From: the human T2T-CHM13v2.0 reference genome, Homo sapiens
Length of the DNA: 64,000 nucleotides
Direction: 5' to 3' (one strand)
Assembly: GCF_009914755.1 (NCBI RefSeq)
Contig: NC_060943.1
Position numbers and translations under genes: made by a program
Notes under the pieces: generated by a model
Database searches by the model: none
What the model saw: only the letters and a program-made list of their open reading frames with translations
What the model was told of the DNA's origin: nothing
Shown here: piece by piece, positions 45,061-64,000 of the stretch
Numbering within the stretch: position 1 is the stretch's first letter
Layout: each line of letters begins with the position of its first letter

Positions 45061-45755
45061 CCCCAGGAAGATTCATTCCCCCTAGACTCTCTGCTTCCTG
45101 GGAAATGATTACATTCTGAGCTTTGGCGAATTCCCGCAGCACCGCTCCTTGGCTCCCTCACTGCTACCTGGACAGGCAGAAACATTAACATCCCCGGCCA
45201 GCACCTAGGCCCCGAAGTGAGGGGATACATGAGCCGTGTGCAGGCTTCCAGTCCCTGGAATGTGTGTAGGGGGTTCACTGTCCACCACAGCTTAAACACA
45301 AAATGAACATTTTGACTGGAAAAGGGTAGATAGAAAGAAAAAGACCTAAATGTGGAGCGTAGTCTGGAGCCTTCTATGGGGCAGAACAGCACTCGTGTGC
45401 AATAATGCTGCAGTGAGCCACAGCCTCGCCTCTCAGCTGCACAGGACAGATGTGCAGTGGAACGGGAAGTCAGAATGACCATCCCTGCGGCCGTTATGAG
45501 GAGCTGTTCCCTAGGTCTCTACAATGAAAGCTCCTGAAAACAGTCAATGTAGATTTGCACGCTGAGAACAGCACCTCCATTCCCAGCTACCCAGAGCCAG
45601 GTCCTAATTCTTGCTTATCCACCAACTCAGTAAATATAAGTCACGATGGTTGCTTTTATTTTATGTTGAACTTTTTGTAGTTTACTAGCTTGCATTATTT
45701 TTTTTAAAAAAGAAAACGAGTTGATATTTTTAACTTTTAAAAATATCATGATGAT

Positions 45756-46081
<326 letters not shown>

Positions 46082-46320
46082 TCATGATTTCTCCATTTTT
46101 TTCCTTTCCCATTCTCTGACTTAGAATATTTGAGCAACAAAACCATAATTTCCGGTGCAAGAATGACGAAGTTCCTAATTTGAGTCTGCTTAGATACCTG
46201 AGCTTAGTCTCAGGCCCACCATGCGCTGTGAACTCATCCCAGGTTACATGATGTGCCTCTTGGCAACTCTGAGTGATGCTAAGTTTCAGGGAAGTGTGCA
46301 CAGATCTAGGACTTCAGTAA

Positions 46321-46648
<328 letters not shown>

Positions 46649-47303
46649 GATTTGGGAACATTTTGTAATGGCAGTGTGTCCTCAAATACCTTGCTTACAG
46701 TGAGTTATATTTTTAGAAATTACAGTGCCCATTACACACACACAGCTGTTCCTTCTCTGTACTCACGGGAAACCCACAGAGACCCCTCCACAAACACCTC
46801 CGTATCTGCATGAAAGTGTAAAACCACATGAAAGCCGAGCTTGCTATTTACTAGTTGTGCATAGGGTTGTTTGTGTGCGTGTGTGTGTGTGTGTGTGTCT
46901 TCTAGATACAGTCAGGTTCAACGGCATTATGCTAAATACTTGCCGCTCTAATGAATAATCATCCTCTTGGGGTTTCTCCAGGTCATTTGAATATGGAGAC
47001 CCACTTCTCCAGTATCTCTCCTAAGAATAACCTTTCAACAGGTTCTTAACATCGTCAGCAAAAATATTTTCAACAAATGTTCCCAAAAGCACCTTAGACT
47101 CTGAAGACCTAAAAAAGATATAATACATTCTTTCAGAGCTGTTGGGGAGATCCTCAGCAAACCTACATTATACCATAAACGGTCTCAAAAATAGCTCATT
47201 TTCCCATAAGCCATGAGAGATAATGAGATGGGAAGTCCGGAGGAGGGTCTGAGGTGTCTGTGAGGAGCCGCCTCCTCCAGTTTCAGGTCATTGTTCCCTC
47301 CAT

Positions 47304-48382
<1,079 letters not shown>

Positions 48383-48818
48383 AGACGGCATAGCACAGAT
48401 GGTCACGAGGTGCGCCTGGTTCTTCCGCCATGTCACCGTGTTGTTGGGGAAACGCTGAGTTGAGGGATCTCCGACAGCCAGGAGCAGCATCTGAGATTCT
48501 GTAAAACCCTGCCCACCTGCTCTCTGCACAGGGCCAGGCAGCCTGGGCTGTGGCAGGGCCAAGACTCTTGGATACACCCCCAGACTGCCTGGAAAAATGA
48601 TGTCCACTGGCGGGAAGAGACAGACAAGGCTGACTCCGCCTCATCCTGGGTGCTAGTGACGTAGCGCCCTGCAGCTTTAGCCTTTTAAAGGACATTCTGG
48701 TCCTGTGGAGGACGGGACGGCCCTACGCAGGACCACGGACCCTCTGCTGTCCCCTCACCGCAGACCTGCACCCTGTCCCTCAGAGTCAGGACGTGGGTGG
48801 GCGGGCATCTCTCAGTAG

Positions 48819-50679
<1,861 letters not shown>

Positions 50680-51564
50680 TTATAGACAGCGCTCCAGGTG
50701 AAGAGCGCCTATAGCCAGGGCAGAACCCCTATCGGGGCAGAGGCACTGTCGCTCCATCAGAGTTCACCAGCAGCAGCACCATGGACGCACTCTCATTGCT
50801 GAAGTCCAGCCGTGTTCGTGGGCAGACGCTTCTCAGCTTGTGTGAGCCCTGGGCTTCCTGAGGTGGTTGTTTTGGAGCATTTCGTCCAGCTTCTCCCTTG
50901 TTCCTGGGGAATGGTTTGCCCCATGCCCCAGCTCTGTCGTTCCGGAAGTTTCTACTTCACACAGTTAAAAAAAAATTCTCTAAATATATAAACACCATGA
51001 CCCAATTTTTCTGGCAAAAACAAACAAGCAAACACACCCACAAACATCTTTCCAGACACGTAAGCAAAATCTGCAATTACACGCTCTTCACGTGTTTAGG
51101 CACTATAACCTTCTTCATTTCCGGCAGGTCCTTGGTCCTGTGTTTCTCTAGGGGGTGTCTTTCCAGCAGCCTCTCCTTATGATGTCCTGGGATTCCTGTA
51201 TCCACTTCTCTTTCAATAACCTTGTAACTCAGCTTGGGAATCAGAGTGGTCACTTTAATGTCTAACATGCATTTTTTTTTTAATTTTTGAAAAGGTTTAA
51301 TCACAAGTTAAAGAGTCGCTTAGTCAAATACATAATTATATTGTAGATCCATCCATCCCCTCCTGGCAGATAATTTAGCTCAACTAAATTGTACCAATAA
51401 ATCCATCTACAGGTCTCATGGAACTTAGCTGGAAAACAGGAAAAACCATGGAATCCGACAATGTCAAATATGGCAGACTTTGTGAATCGACTCATTGACT
51501 TATCTATCTGCCTACCTATTTACCTGTATTCCTATGGATCTGTTCATCAGTTAATCTCTCTATC

Positions 51565-51763
51565 TGAAGGAGCCACAGGGAATGCCAACAGCCACCCAGA
51601 GCTGGAAAGGGCAAGGGAGGGTTCTCCCCAAGAGCCTCCAGAGAGAACGCTGGCCCTGGCCCTGCCATCACCTTGATTTTTAGCTTCGCAACTCTGAGAG
51701 AATAAATTTATGTTGTCTTAAGCCACCCAATAATAATTTGTTATGACAGCCTAGAAAACTAAT
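51565..51763 (+). mobile_element. MLT1 LTR 3' fragment
   Basis: GAGCCTCCAGAGAGAAC...GAGAGAATAAATTT..GTTGT.TTAAGCCACCCA. Confidence 0.75.
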
Positions 51764-52127
51764 TGCTCATCTCCCCCAACCCCCATCCCCTCTCTCTCTG
51801 AATTCATACTTATGTAGTGTATGTGTGTTTCTATACACACATGTGCCATGAATTTTGTTTGTTTGTTTGAGAGACAGAAGGAACTGAGTTTTGAGTCATA
51901 GCTAAAGTGTGGTTTCAGATAAAACACCACCAGCTGGTATTTGCATGCCCTATTCTCTTCTAGAAATGCCGAAGTTTCTAGTTAACTGGTTTTATTTGTC
52001 AGGAGAAGTAAGGGAATTGCAAATATTCAGCCTACTAACATTAGGTGGAGGACACATTTCCTTTTTATTCTGCAAAGAGGATCATGATGGTAACAATATT
52101 TATGTATTAGTTTGACAAGAGAACATT

Positions 52128-52262
52128 GCATTAGGAGATATACCTAATGTTAAACGACGAGTTAATGGGTGCAGCACACCAACATGGCACATGTATACAT
52201 ATGTAACAAACCTGCACGTTGTGCACATGTACCCTAAAACTTAAAGTATGTATTACAAAAAA
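52128..52262 (+). mobile_element. L1PA 3' end
   Basis: Same L1PA terminal motif followed by A tail. Confidence 0.9.
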
Positions 52263-53252
52263 GCGCCTCCTAATTATTCCTTGGCCTATTTCTTCTTGGT
52301 GTTTTAAATTTAATTATACTCTAGTAATTTATATTTAAGCTAAGAAGTAGTCTACTGGTGTTGAAAACAGATGTATATAGAGAGATTCTTTTTTGATCTA
52401 TAAGATAATTTTGTAAACTATTTTTATAGCCAGAATTTTCATATATTGGTCTTTACTAATCCTGTCGAATTCCAATGGTGTAGGTAATTTTTTGGTGCAG
52501 CTGCAGAAGAAGACTTTGCAAGAAATTTGCTTGACTTTAGCAAGTACAAGTGGACTAAATTGCTTCTTTTGTCCTGGAAAGTTCAGAACTATTTGGGCAT
52601 TTCTGATTCTCAGATTCTTCCATCCACACATTTCATCCTATGCGACAAGGTTTTACATACCTCCCAAGAAACTTATTTTGACATAGAAATATTCAACTAT
52701 TTTGTGCTATAACTCAAGTTATCTTGCTGCTGGTGAAAAGATGTGGGTGCAAAAATATTTTGAATTTATTATGCTACAAATAATATGTGATATTAATGCA
52801 CTTATAAATTAATTTGTTAGAGTAACTTTGTATATTGTAAATAGAATACCACTCAGAAAATGCTACACAACACATTAAACAAACAGCATGATTTAGTACA
52901 AATGAATCTGGGAATAGTCTTTCAAATGAATCACAATCAAGAATCCTACATTGAGTACAACACACTGCTTTTAACTGGTGCTTCATATTCTTTTTGTTTC
53001 CAATGAAGTTGAATACATTTGGTTGTCTTAATTAAAAGCTTAAGTGTATTTTGTTCTAACTTATATTTAATGGATTAATTTTAGTTAATTGATTTTATGA
53101 AGACACTTGAAAGGTGAACTGAAGTGTGTGGTGCAGATATAAAGCTAGTTAAGTCATTGGAAACATTAACTTGGCTTTTATTGTTATTTCTCAGCCTGGA
53201 ATTCTCTGAAGCATCTGATAATATTGACCCTCTGAACTGCTTGATCATTACT

Positions 53253-53538
53253 CTTTTTTTTTTTTTTTGAGGCGGAGTCTCGCTTTGTCAGAGTGCAGTG
53301 GTGTGATCTCAGCTCACTGCAACCTCCACCTCCCAGGTTCAAGCAGTTCTCTGCCTCAGCCTCCTGAGTAGCTGGGATTACAGGGACCTGCCACCATGCC
53401 TGGCTAATTTTTGTATTTTTAGCAGAGATGGGGTTTCACTGTCTTGGCCAGGCTGGTCTTGAACTCCTGACCTCGTGATCTACCCGCCTCGGACTCCCAA
53501 GGTGCTGGGATTACAGGCGTGAGCCACCGCACCCGGCC
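53253..53538 (-). mobile_element. AluS
   Basis: TSD TGATCATTACTCTT. Confidence 0.94.
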
Positions 53539-54122
53539 CTGATCATTACTCTTAACCAGTCATCAAGATAATAATGTCAGGAGGATGGTCTATATTATTA
53601 TACATTTTTCATTTTTCTTCTATTTCTATCTCAAGATTTCTTCGGGAAGCTTGCCGTTAATGTTCTTTTTTTTAAAAAAAAACATATGCTCCACCTTTGA
53701 GACAGTATTGCCGATTGAACTTCACTTTACTAAGAAATTCTTCACCAAAAGCTCATCTATAAAACTGCCCAGTGGGAGTTTAGCACTTTTTCTGATTTAT
53801 GAACATTGCCAACTCGGTAGTGCCAAGAGATTTCAAAATTTTCACCCTAGAATACCAAGGTCAGGACATCTCTCCTACTTGCAGGAAAGATGAGCTGAAC
53901 TGGACCTGATCTAGCCTTGAACAGAGATATGCATGAGAATCTAGAGGGTTTTCCCTGAGACCATGGACCAGCAACTTCTCCCTTACTGCCTCTCACTTTG
54001 TATGGGGATCCTCAGACTGTAACAATGAATTCAGCACTGGGTCTTGGATAGTTCCACCCTGGGATGCCCAGATCTAAATTTAGCCAATTGGCCTGTGAAT
54101 GTGACATAAAATACGGTATTTA

Positions 54123-54563
<441 letters not shown>

Positions 54564-54805
54564 TCAATAGGGCACTGGGCAGCTGTGGATGTCATGGGGA
54601 AGTTCTCCTGACGGATGACCCTCCAGGACACATAGCTATGTGGGGAGTTAGAAAAGAAAAAGACAACACTCAGGACATTATTAGTCATTAGCTTTCTTTG
54701 AGAAAGAGCCAGAGAGAACTAGTATATTGCTATGCTTTTCTGTGTGTGTGTTTGTATTTTACATTTTAAAAATGAAAGAATACATGAAAACCTTTAAAAC
54801 TGGGT

Positions 54806-55025
<220 letters not shown>

Positions 55026-56027
55026 CTAGACTAACCTCATTGTGCTTTGTTTGTTGTTTCAGTTTGGAAATAGACATATATTTTCTTGAATAGGTGTAGT
55101 GCCAAAATATTTTCACATACGATTTATGAACCTAAAGACAAAACCTAAGTAAAAAGAGTAATGAAACTAATCTTAACACCAAATTAAGATTTTACTAAAC
55201 AAAGGTGAATTATTTCCACTGAATTTTAAGCAAAATTATTTAACTATGTTTTATAAGTAATACATATTATACATCATTTTATATTATAGATTTTTAATGT
55301 TTTAAAATAATCAAATATGATATATAATATATTGATTTATAATTATTACTGTAATAAAGAATTTTGACGATTGCATATACCTCATTTTATATTATAATTT
55401 TTTAAAATTTTTAAATAATCAAATAATATATATGATTATTATAATAAATAATTTTGACGATGTATAGTAAATACATATATCATCGAAAATATTTAATCTT
55501 AAAATATACTTAGATAGTGAAATGTTTTTTATTTCTGTTTGAGGAAATAGGTGAGTCCACATTAAGACAGAATGCATGAAATGAACTCAGAACCCCTTAT
55601 TATACAAGAGAACAAAGGAGTCACAATTACCTTCAAATTCATTTGACTTAAACAGAAAGGCAATCATGAAGGATCCCACTGACAAAGAATGGAATATTTA
55701 TAGCATCAAATAATATTTCAATGGATTGAAATAAATGAATATATATAAACCATATATGTTTACTAGTGCTAAAACAAAAGAAAATAAGCCAAACAAACAA
55801 AATACCTCATTTACAGCACCAAATTACCACATTCCAAAAGTGGAAATGGACGCAAGAACCAGTATCTCCCTTTTCTATCTGAAGTATTCCACAGGAAACA
55901 TTCTTTTCTCTGTAGAAGATTTCTGCAGAAAATTTCAGACCATTTTTAGTCTGAATAATCTGCATAATCTGAATAATCTACAGATTATTCTGTGGGAATA
56001 ATTCATCTTTGTTTAGTGAAACCTTAA

Positions 56028-56397
<370 letters not shown>

Positions 56398-57559
56398 GAA
56401 AATATTTTTGCACTGCACGTATATTCATGAAAATATGTGTATACTTCCAAAGTGAAACAGGACATAGTTTCCAAACTGGAAGATGGACAGAGTTGCAAAA
56501 TCTGTACACTGAGTGTACAAGCAATAAACATCAATGGCCTCCCAAACCCTTAGACTTCAGGTTCGTGGTGAATGTAGTACTGGATGGATCCTGTTGATGA
56601 CAAAGCCATGGGGGCAGGAATGCAAGCTGGAGAATGCAAGACGCAAACAAATGAGTCACTTACTGTGTCAGATCTAATTTTTTAAAAAAACTTTTGTGTT
56701 ATCTTGCCCTCAGATTCATATTTTCAAAATCTTTAATTTTTGTTTAAAAAATTACCGCTAAAACCAAGGCAGGAGGAGTGGAATTCCAAGACGGTGGATT
56801 ACGTGATTCTGTTCCTCATAGCCCCACAGAAACATCAGCTGTGACCGCCATCCAGGACCAGAAATATTTCTGTGACAACCTAGAAGTGCAGTGAGAGTTG
56901 CCAGCACCACAACGAGCAAAAAATTGCAGAATAAGATACAAGAAATAGTTACAAAATTAGGTAATAGTATAGCAGAATGCTATAATCAAGCTTTATTCAC
57001 TAGCCCTGTTTCACTTTTTTATTACTCAAAACGTCTAGACTCATTGGAGACAGGGAGAGTTATGTTGATCTGCAATATATTCCCAGTGTCTTGCATTTAT
57101 TTTTATTTTTTTATTTTTTCTTTTTTTATTTTATTATTATTATACTTTAAGTTTTAGGGTACTTGTGCACAACGTGCAGGTTTGTTTTTGAAATGGCATA
57201 AAGCAATATATTTGAAAATTAAAAAAAAGATTTTTGAAGAAAAGAGAAAGAACAGCTTTTCTCTTCTTTCTGCATCTCTTCTTCCCCAGGGAGGCACAGT
57301 TCAGTGCCAGGAGAGACTCCGCGGGCTGCGAGCTCTCCCACAGAGGAAAGTGAAAGCAGAGGGAACACCCAGGTTCCTCAGCCTCAGGGGAAACTGCCCA
57401 CGTCAGCCTCTCAGCACCAGATCGTCGAGGGGACTGGAATGGCGGAATAGTCTTGGAGGAGGCGGGAGCACCGGAAGCTGTGAGCGCTCACAGCAGCCAT
57501 CACGCAGATCTAACAAAATGGCTGCAGATCTGACCCACAGACTCATGGGAGCCGAATAG

Positions 57560-58560
<1,001 letters not shown>

Positions 58561-58794
58561 GGAAAAACAAAATGAGTCTGTTATTTAGGTGAGACCTACG
58601 AGCACTGCCTCCTGAGCTCAGTGATGGACAAACCTGTGATATATTAAGGGTCACTATCTCTTCTACTATTTTTACTATTTTTCAATATTAAAAAGCACCC
58701 CTTTTTACTATTACAGTTATATAATTAGCAGCACATGGAAATTGTTCAGAAACAAGATCGCAACCCTGAAATTCACCATATTTTAATTTTTAAT

Positions 58795-59103
<309 letters not shown>

Positions 59104-59410
59104 TAATATATCTCTAGTAAATCCAACTAAGAATTGAAAAAAAATGTTTAAACATGAATGTATATTTTGGCAATCAAAATATTACCTTTGTAACATTTGG
59201 ACACAATTCTGTTTCATAGTTGCTTAATAAACTGCTACATAGAATACAACAGATATTTATTAATATTTATGAGTTGTGCAAATACATACAACACTGGGTA
59301 AAAAATAATTTGTAAATTCTTCTTTGTAGAGGCAGTATTGTATTTGCAATTTTGATGAAAAAATGGCTTAAGAAAATGTATGTAATTGTACAAATCAACC
59401 ACTCAATTGA

Positions 59411-59718
<308 letters not shown>

Positions 59719-60739
59719 CCTGGAAGAAATACTATTAAAAAAAAAAGAAAGGGTGCTTAAGACCTGACAAAATGCAATAAACCACTATACTGCGTGAAGT
59801 GAGTCAATATCTTAAATAATTTGACCAACAAAATATGTGTGCATCAACAATGTATTTTACAACCAAATACTAACATTCCCAAATGTCCTGTACTGGTCAA
59901 AAAAAAAAAAAGACACAGAAAGAAAATTAATTATAATATTAAAAATAGTTTTATCTAATATTTTAAAATTACAGATAAAAATTGGTTATAGTAAACCAAA
60001 GAAAAAAACAGTCTACAAAATAATGTGAAGTATTTGATAGGTAGATATGTAAAGAAATAGATGCAGATCAGAGATAGAAATTTTGTTTGATCTTTGAATT
60101 CCAAAGATTAGAGACCAGGAGAATTATAGGTATAAAAAAATTAAGAACTTAGTATTTGAGTAAAAGTTAATTCCAAAATGAGTTGGAAGAATATTTGTTA
60201 AATACATGGATTTAAATATTTTGACATTTAGTTTAAAAACTAAAACCAGTTTCTACTGGATGCCATTTAGGCAAATAAAAATATTTATGTAAAGGCATAT
60301 AACCATATAAATTAATATCTAGTAGATTAAGCATATAGAAACAGGTATATATATTTTAAAACATGAGTTGAGGCAAATACTTAGTAAGCAATTTTAAAAC
60401 ATGAGCCATAGAACAATTAAAAATATTACAATATTTCAAATAGTAAAACTTATTTAAGACTAACGACATATAATATGGAACTCAGAATATTAGAAATATT
60501 TTATATATCAAAATTGAAAAAAGGAGGCTGTCATTAATATTTTAAGTGCTCATTCTAAACAGTAAAATAAAATATCATTTGTTATCTAAGTAGGGAAATT
60601 ATGTAAACAAGGATTTCTGTGGGTAAGAAAAAAAGCCTCACAAATATATGTTTTTCTCGGAGATTATCAACCAAATGCAAAATAAAATTTAAAAAAGATT
60701 TCTTTAAATTTGAAATCCATTTTTTTGTTACATGTTTAA

Positions 60740-61074
<335 letters not shown>

Positions 61075-63074
61075 CATAATTACTATTCTTCTTGCAGCTA
61101 TGGATTTTTATATCTGGGTGAAAATTAAATGAAGAGTAATGGTTTCTCAGTTTGAAATGAATGAATGTGAGATGCGAGTGAAACCTTATATGATACTATG
61201 AAGTAGAAGATAGAGTATTTTAGCCATATTTAACTTGACATACTATTTTATAATACCTAAAAATGTAGATGCATTGCAAAAACATTAGGACTTACCAAAA
61301 CAAGAACAGCATTTTTATAATAATTTTTTAACTGGTTTAATAATTAAAACGTTGTTAAGCTACAATGGGATTTAACTGTCATTAAAATTTGGAAAATACT
61401 AGAATCTTGGTAAAGTGTAGATTAGTTTAGAGAAATAGATGCTTTAGAAAATCAAAACCGTTTCTGGAAGGCTATATAATAATGATAACAGTTTGGTCCC
61501 AGTGGACAGGGAGAAAAGTAGGAGAGTGAGAAATAAAACCATGCATTTTATGTAGCATATACACACAAACTTATTCAAAATTTTCTTGGAAAGAAAATGT
61601 CTTGTGACAAGTATGAGAAATTTAGCAAATTTATAGTAGACATTGGTCAGCAAATCCAAACAAGAGAAAGAAAGGAGCTATGCACGAATCATAAAGGAAA
61701 CATACAACTAAATTTAAATTCCACTAAACTTAGTTGAGCAGCAGTGAGAACAACAAAATGATGGAAAATCATGGACACAAGAAAATATCTGTGAGTCCTA
61801 GACCAGCTGGGACTATGGGTCTCATCTGCTCTTTAAGAATGGCAGTCATTCGTGGGGAAATGAAAACCTCTGTTTCATCTCTTATCAAAGTGATTTGCAG
61901 AGAGGCACAATAGTAGGCTAAATGAGGCACATCTTACTTCCTGAGATCCTGGCAGGAAAATCCCCACCCCACGGCTCTTCTGGCTGGGATCTTAGCTGTC
62001 AGAACAGACTAAGTGCTCACTGTTTTAAGACTGAGTGGAGTGACAGCTTTAGAACGCTTGATCTTTAAATTCCAACAGATCTGGACCAGGTGCAAAGGTT
62101 TGGGGTGTAGCACAGCACTTTTAAAGCTGGCTAAGAGTCAGAGATGCATTTATACCTGAACACATTTATAGTCCCTGATTATCCCTGCTCCCTAAGCCTT
62201 GAAAACAGTCACTCACTTTAAAAGGTGAGATTCTATTTGGTGAAGTGAGAGATAGAGTTTACCTTCTTTACACTGGTTCCAGGATTTTCTACGGACATGA
62301 AATTATTGTTGCAGTTAAGTGCATGGTAATCCCCAGAACGCATGGGAAAGAGATGGAGGTGTATGGCTTTGCACTTATGACAGAAAGTTTCCGGAGACAT
62401 ATGCCATTGCCAACCAAAGCACAACACGCAACCACCACAGGTAATTTTAAATCTCCTAAGTTGCAGGTGTCATTAGACAGGAAGTGTGTAAGCAGGTGGC
62501 AAGAGCTGACACACTCTTAACCCTCATACAAGCAGCAGAGTGAAGACTGTGAGGCTTGGCGTGTTCATTCAGAGACAGTGTTTCGGATGGGGCTATGACA
62601 GAAGAGGAAAATAAGAGATGCCAGGCAACTCTTGAGCGGGAAGGCTGGGGCAATTCTATGTCTCAGGAACCCTCAGAAAATATTATTACTTTAAGGGTTT
62701 TTTTTTAATGGTCCATGCTGATGCTAGGACTAAACAATAATTTTGTGTACACACCAAGTTTTTTATGATAAACACTCTAATTCCCTGAGAATATGGCTCT
62801 GTATCAAAGAAAATTCCTCTTACCAAATGCCATTTCTTGCTGAAGAAGTAGCCTTCATGGTCACAGTCTGGGCACCTGTGCAAAAGGGGACATCTTATCC
62901 CTGATATAAAGGTTTGGGACACCATGAGGTCATCTTCTTGCTGACAGGTAATTATTATATCATCTGTGAGTACACTGACAGTATTTGCATGGGGATTTGA
63001 GATGCTCTCAGAAAAACATTTTTGAAATGTTCAAATGACTGAGAGCTAATAGTAGTGATTAGATCCATTCAACT

Positions 63075-63237
63075 GAGAAAAAGAGAGCAAGAGACAGAAA
63101 CAGAGATAGAAAGAGATAGAGAGAAAGAGAGACAGAAAAAAGATAAAGACAGTATGACAGAAACAGAGAGAGAGAGAGAAAGAGAAAGGAAGGAAGGAAG
63201 GAAGAAAAAGAAAGAAAGAGAAAGAAAGAAAAAGAAA

Positions 63238-63309
<72 letters not shown>

Positions 63310-63311
63310 AA
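63075..63311. repeat. GA-rich / (GAAA)n simple repeat
   Basis: Direct reading. Confidence 0.92.
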
Positions 63312-63779
63312 CATCTCTGAAATTCTTGGAGAAACCACATGGAAATAAGATATCAGATGAGGACCCTGATGTCTAAGAACTGAGATGAAGGAGGAGGCAA
63401 TGAGTCTGGATGTGTTTCTTCCCAACCTTGGGGTCTTGCCTCCTGAATGTTATTCTTTTTCTATTCTGAGAACTTTGTACAAAAGGCTGCCTGGAAGGGA
63501 GAAGAAAAGAATCAAGTTGGAACAAATTGTCTCTGTGATAGAAATGAACTTGGCAGGAGTGGAGAAACTTTTATTCCCTGTTTCCATAGGCACATGTGAA
63601 GTATCTGATCTGTGTCAAACATGGTGTATGAGATGTCTCAGAATAAAGGACATGAAAACTTCCAAAGAGCCTGCCTGTATTAAGTCAATATTGTAGTCAA
63701 GAAAAGTGGACATTACACACAATAAATAATAGATAGAGTATGCATTGTGTTAAAAGATAATAAGTGCATTGTGAGAAGG

Positions 63780-64000
63780 AAAAGAAGTAATGTGCTCCAC
63801 AGAATAGTAAAAAATTTTGCAAGCAGGTTGTTTGGCTGACTGGAGCTGAAACTCTTCCCCAAGTCTTCAGGCTGTTTGTCCTGCAGATTTTGGACTCACC
63901 AAGTGCCAACAATTACATGAACCCATTCCTAGATAGCAAGATAAGTAGATATAGATATGCACATATGTACATATATCGGTTCTGTTTCTCTGGAGAACAC
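63780..64000 (+). mobile_element. MLT2 LTR 3' part
   Basis: CCTGCAGATTTTGGACT...GGTTCTGTTTCTCTGGAGAAC. Confidence 0.7.

Noticed and set aside
63055-63425. Lys/Glu/Arg- and Phe/Leu/Ser-rich ORFs
   Set aside because: Translations of the (GAAA)n repeat.

Overview
Human (primate) genomic DNA from the leukocyte receptor complex (LRC, 19q13.42). It contains: (i) the 3' part of LAIR2 (Ig exon, stalk exon, terminal exon and polyA signal; 3237-~6035); (ii) an orphan, fully open duplicate of the KIR3DX1 D1 exon (17070-17375); (iii) the complete nine-exon KIR3DX1 locus (ATG 28144, ancestral stop 39074), where a 7-nt gap near the end of the D2 exon shifts the frame, giving 352 codons and a premature stop at 37926, although the TM exon and two ITIMs remain intact in the ancestral frame; (iv) a decayed LILR D3-type Ig exon (47304-47590) and a probable, heavily decayed vomeronasal V1R relic (~44401-45060). 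All of these are on the + strand. The rest is repeat-dense: about 40 Alus, L1/L2/MIR fragments, a HERV-H LTR7B-type solo LTR with an expanded internal repeat, MER31, MER4-group, THE1/MST and MLT LTRs, and several minisatellites. The most notable sequence-level observations are a possible in-frame rescue of KIR3DX1 by skipping exon 5, a run of phase-1 exons that could in principle join LAIR2 to KIR3DX1, a hypervariable patch between the two D1 copies, two ~340-bp local duplications inside KIR3DX1, an L1 inserted at the probable KIR3DX1 polyA signal, an L2-derived terminal exon of LAIR2, and a CpG minisatellite built from TCTCGCGAGA (BANP) motifs. Repeat family names and boundaries come from recognition by eye and are approximate. 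No searches were run.
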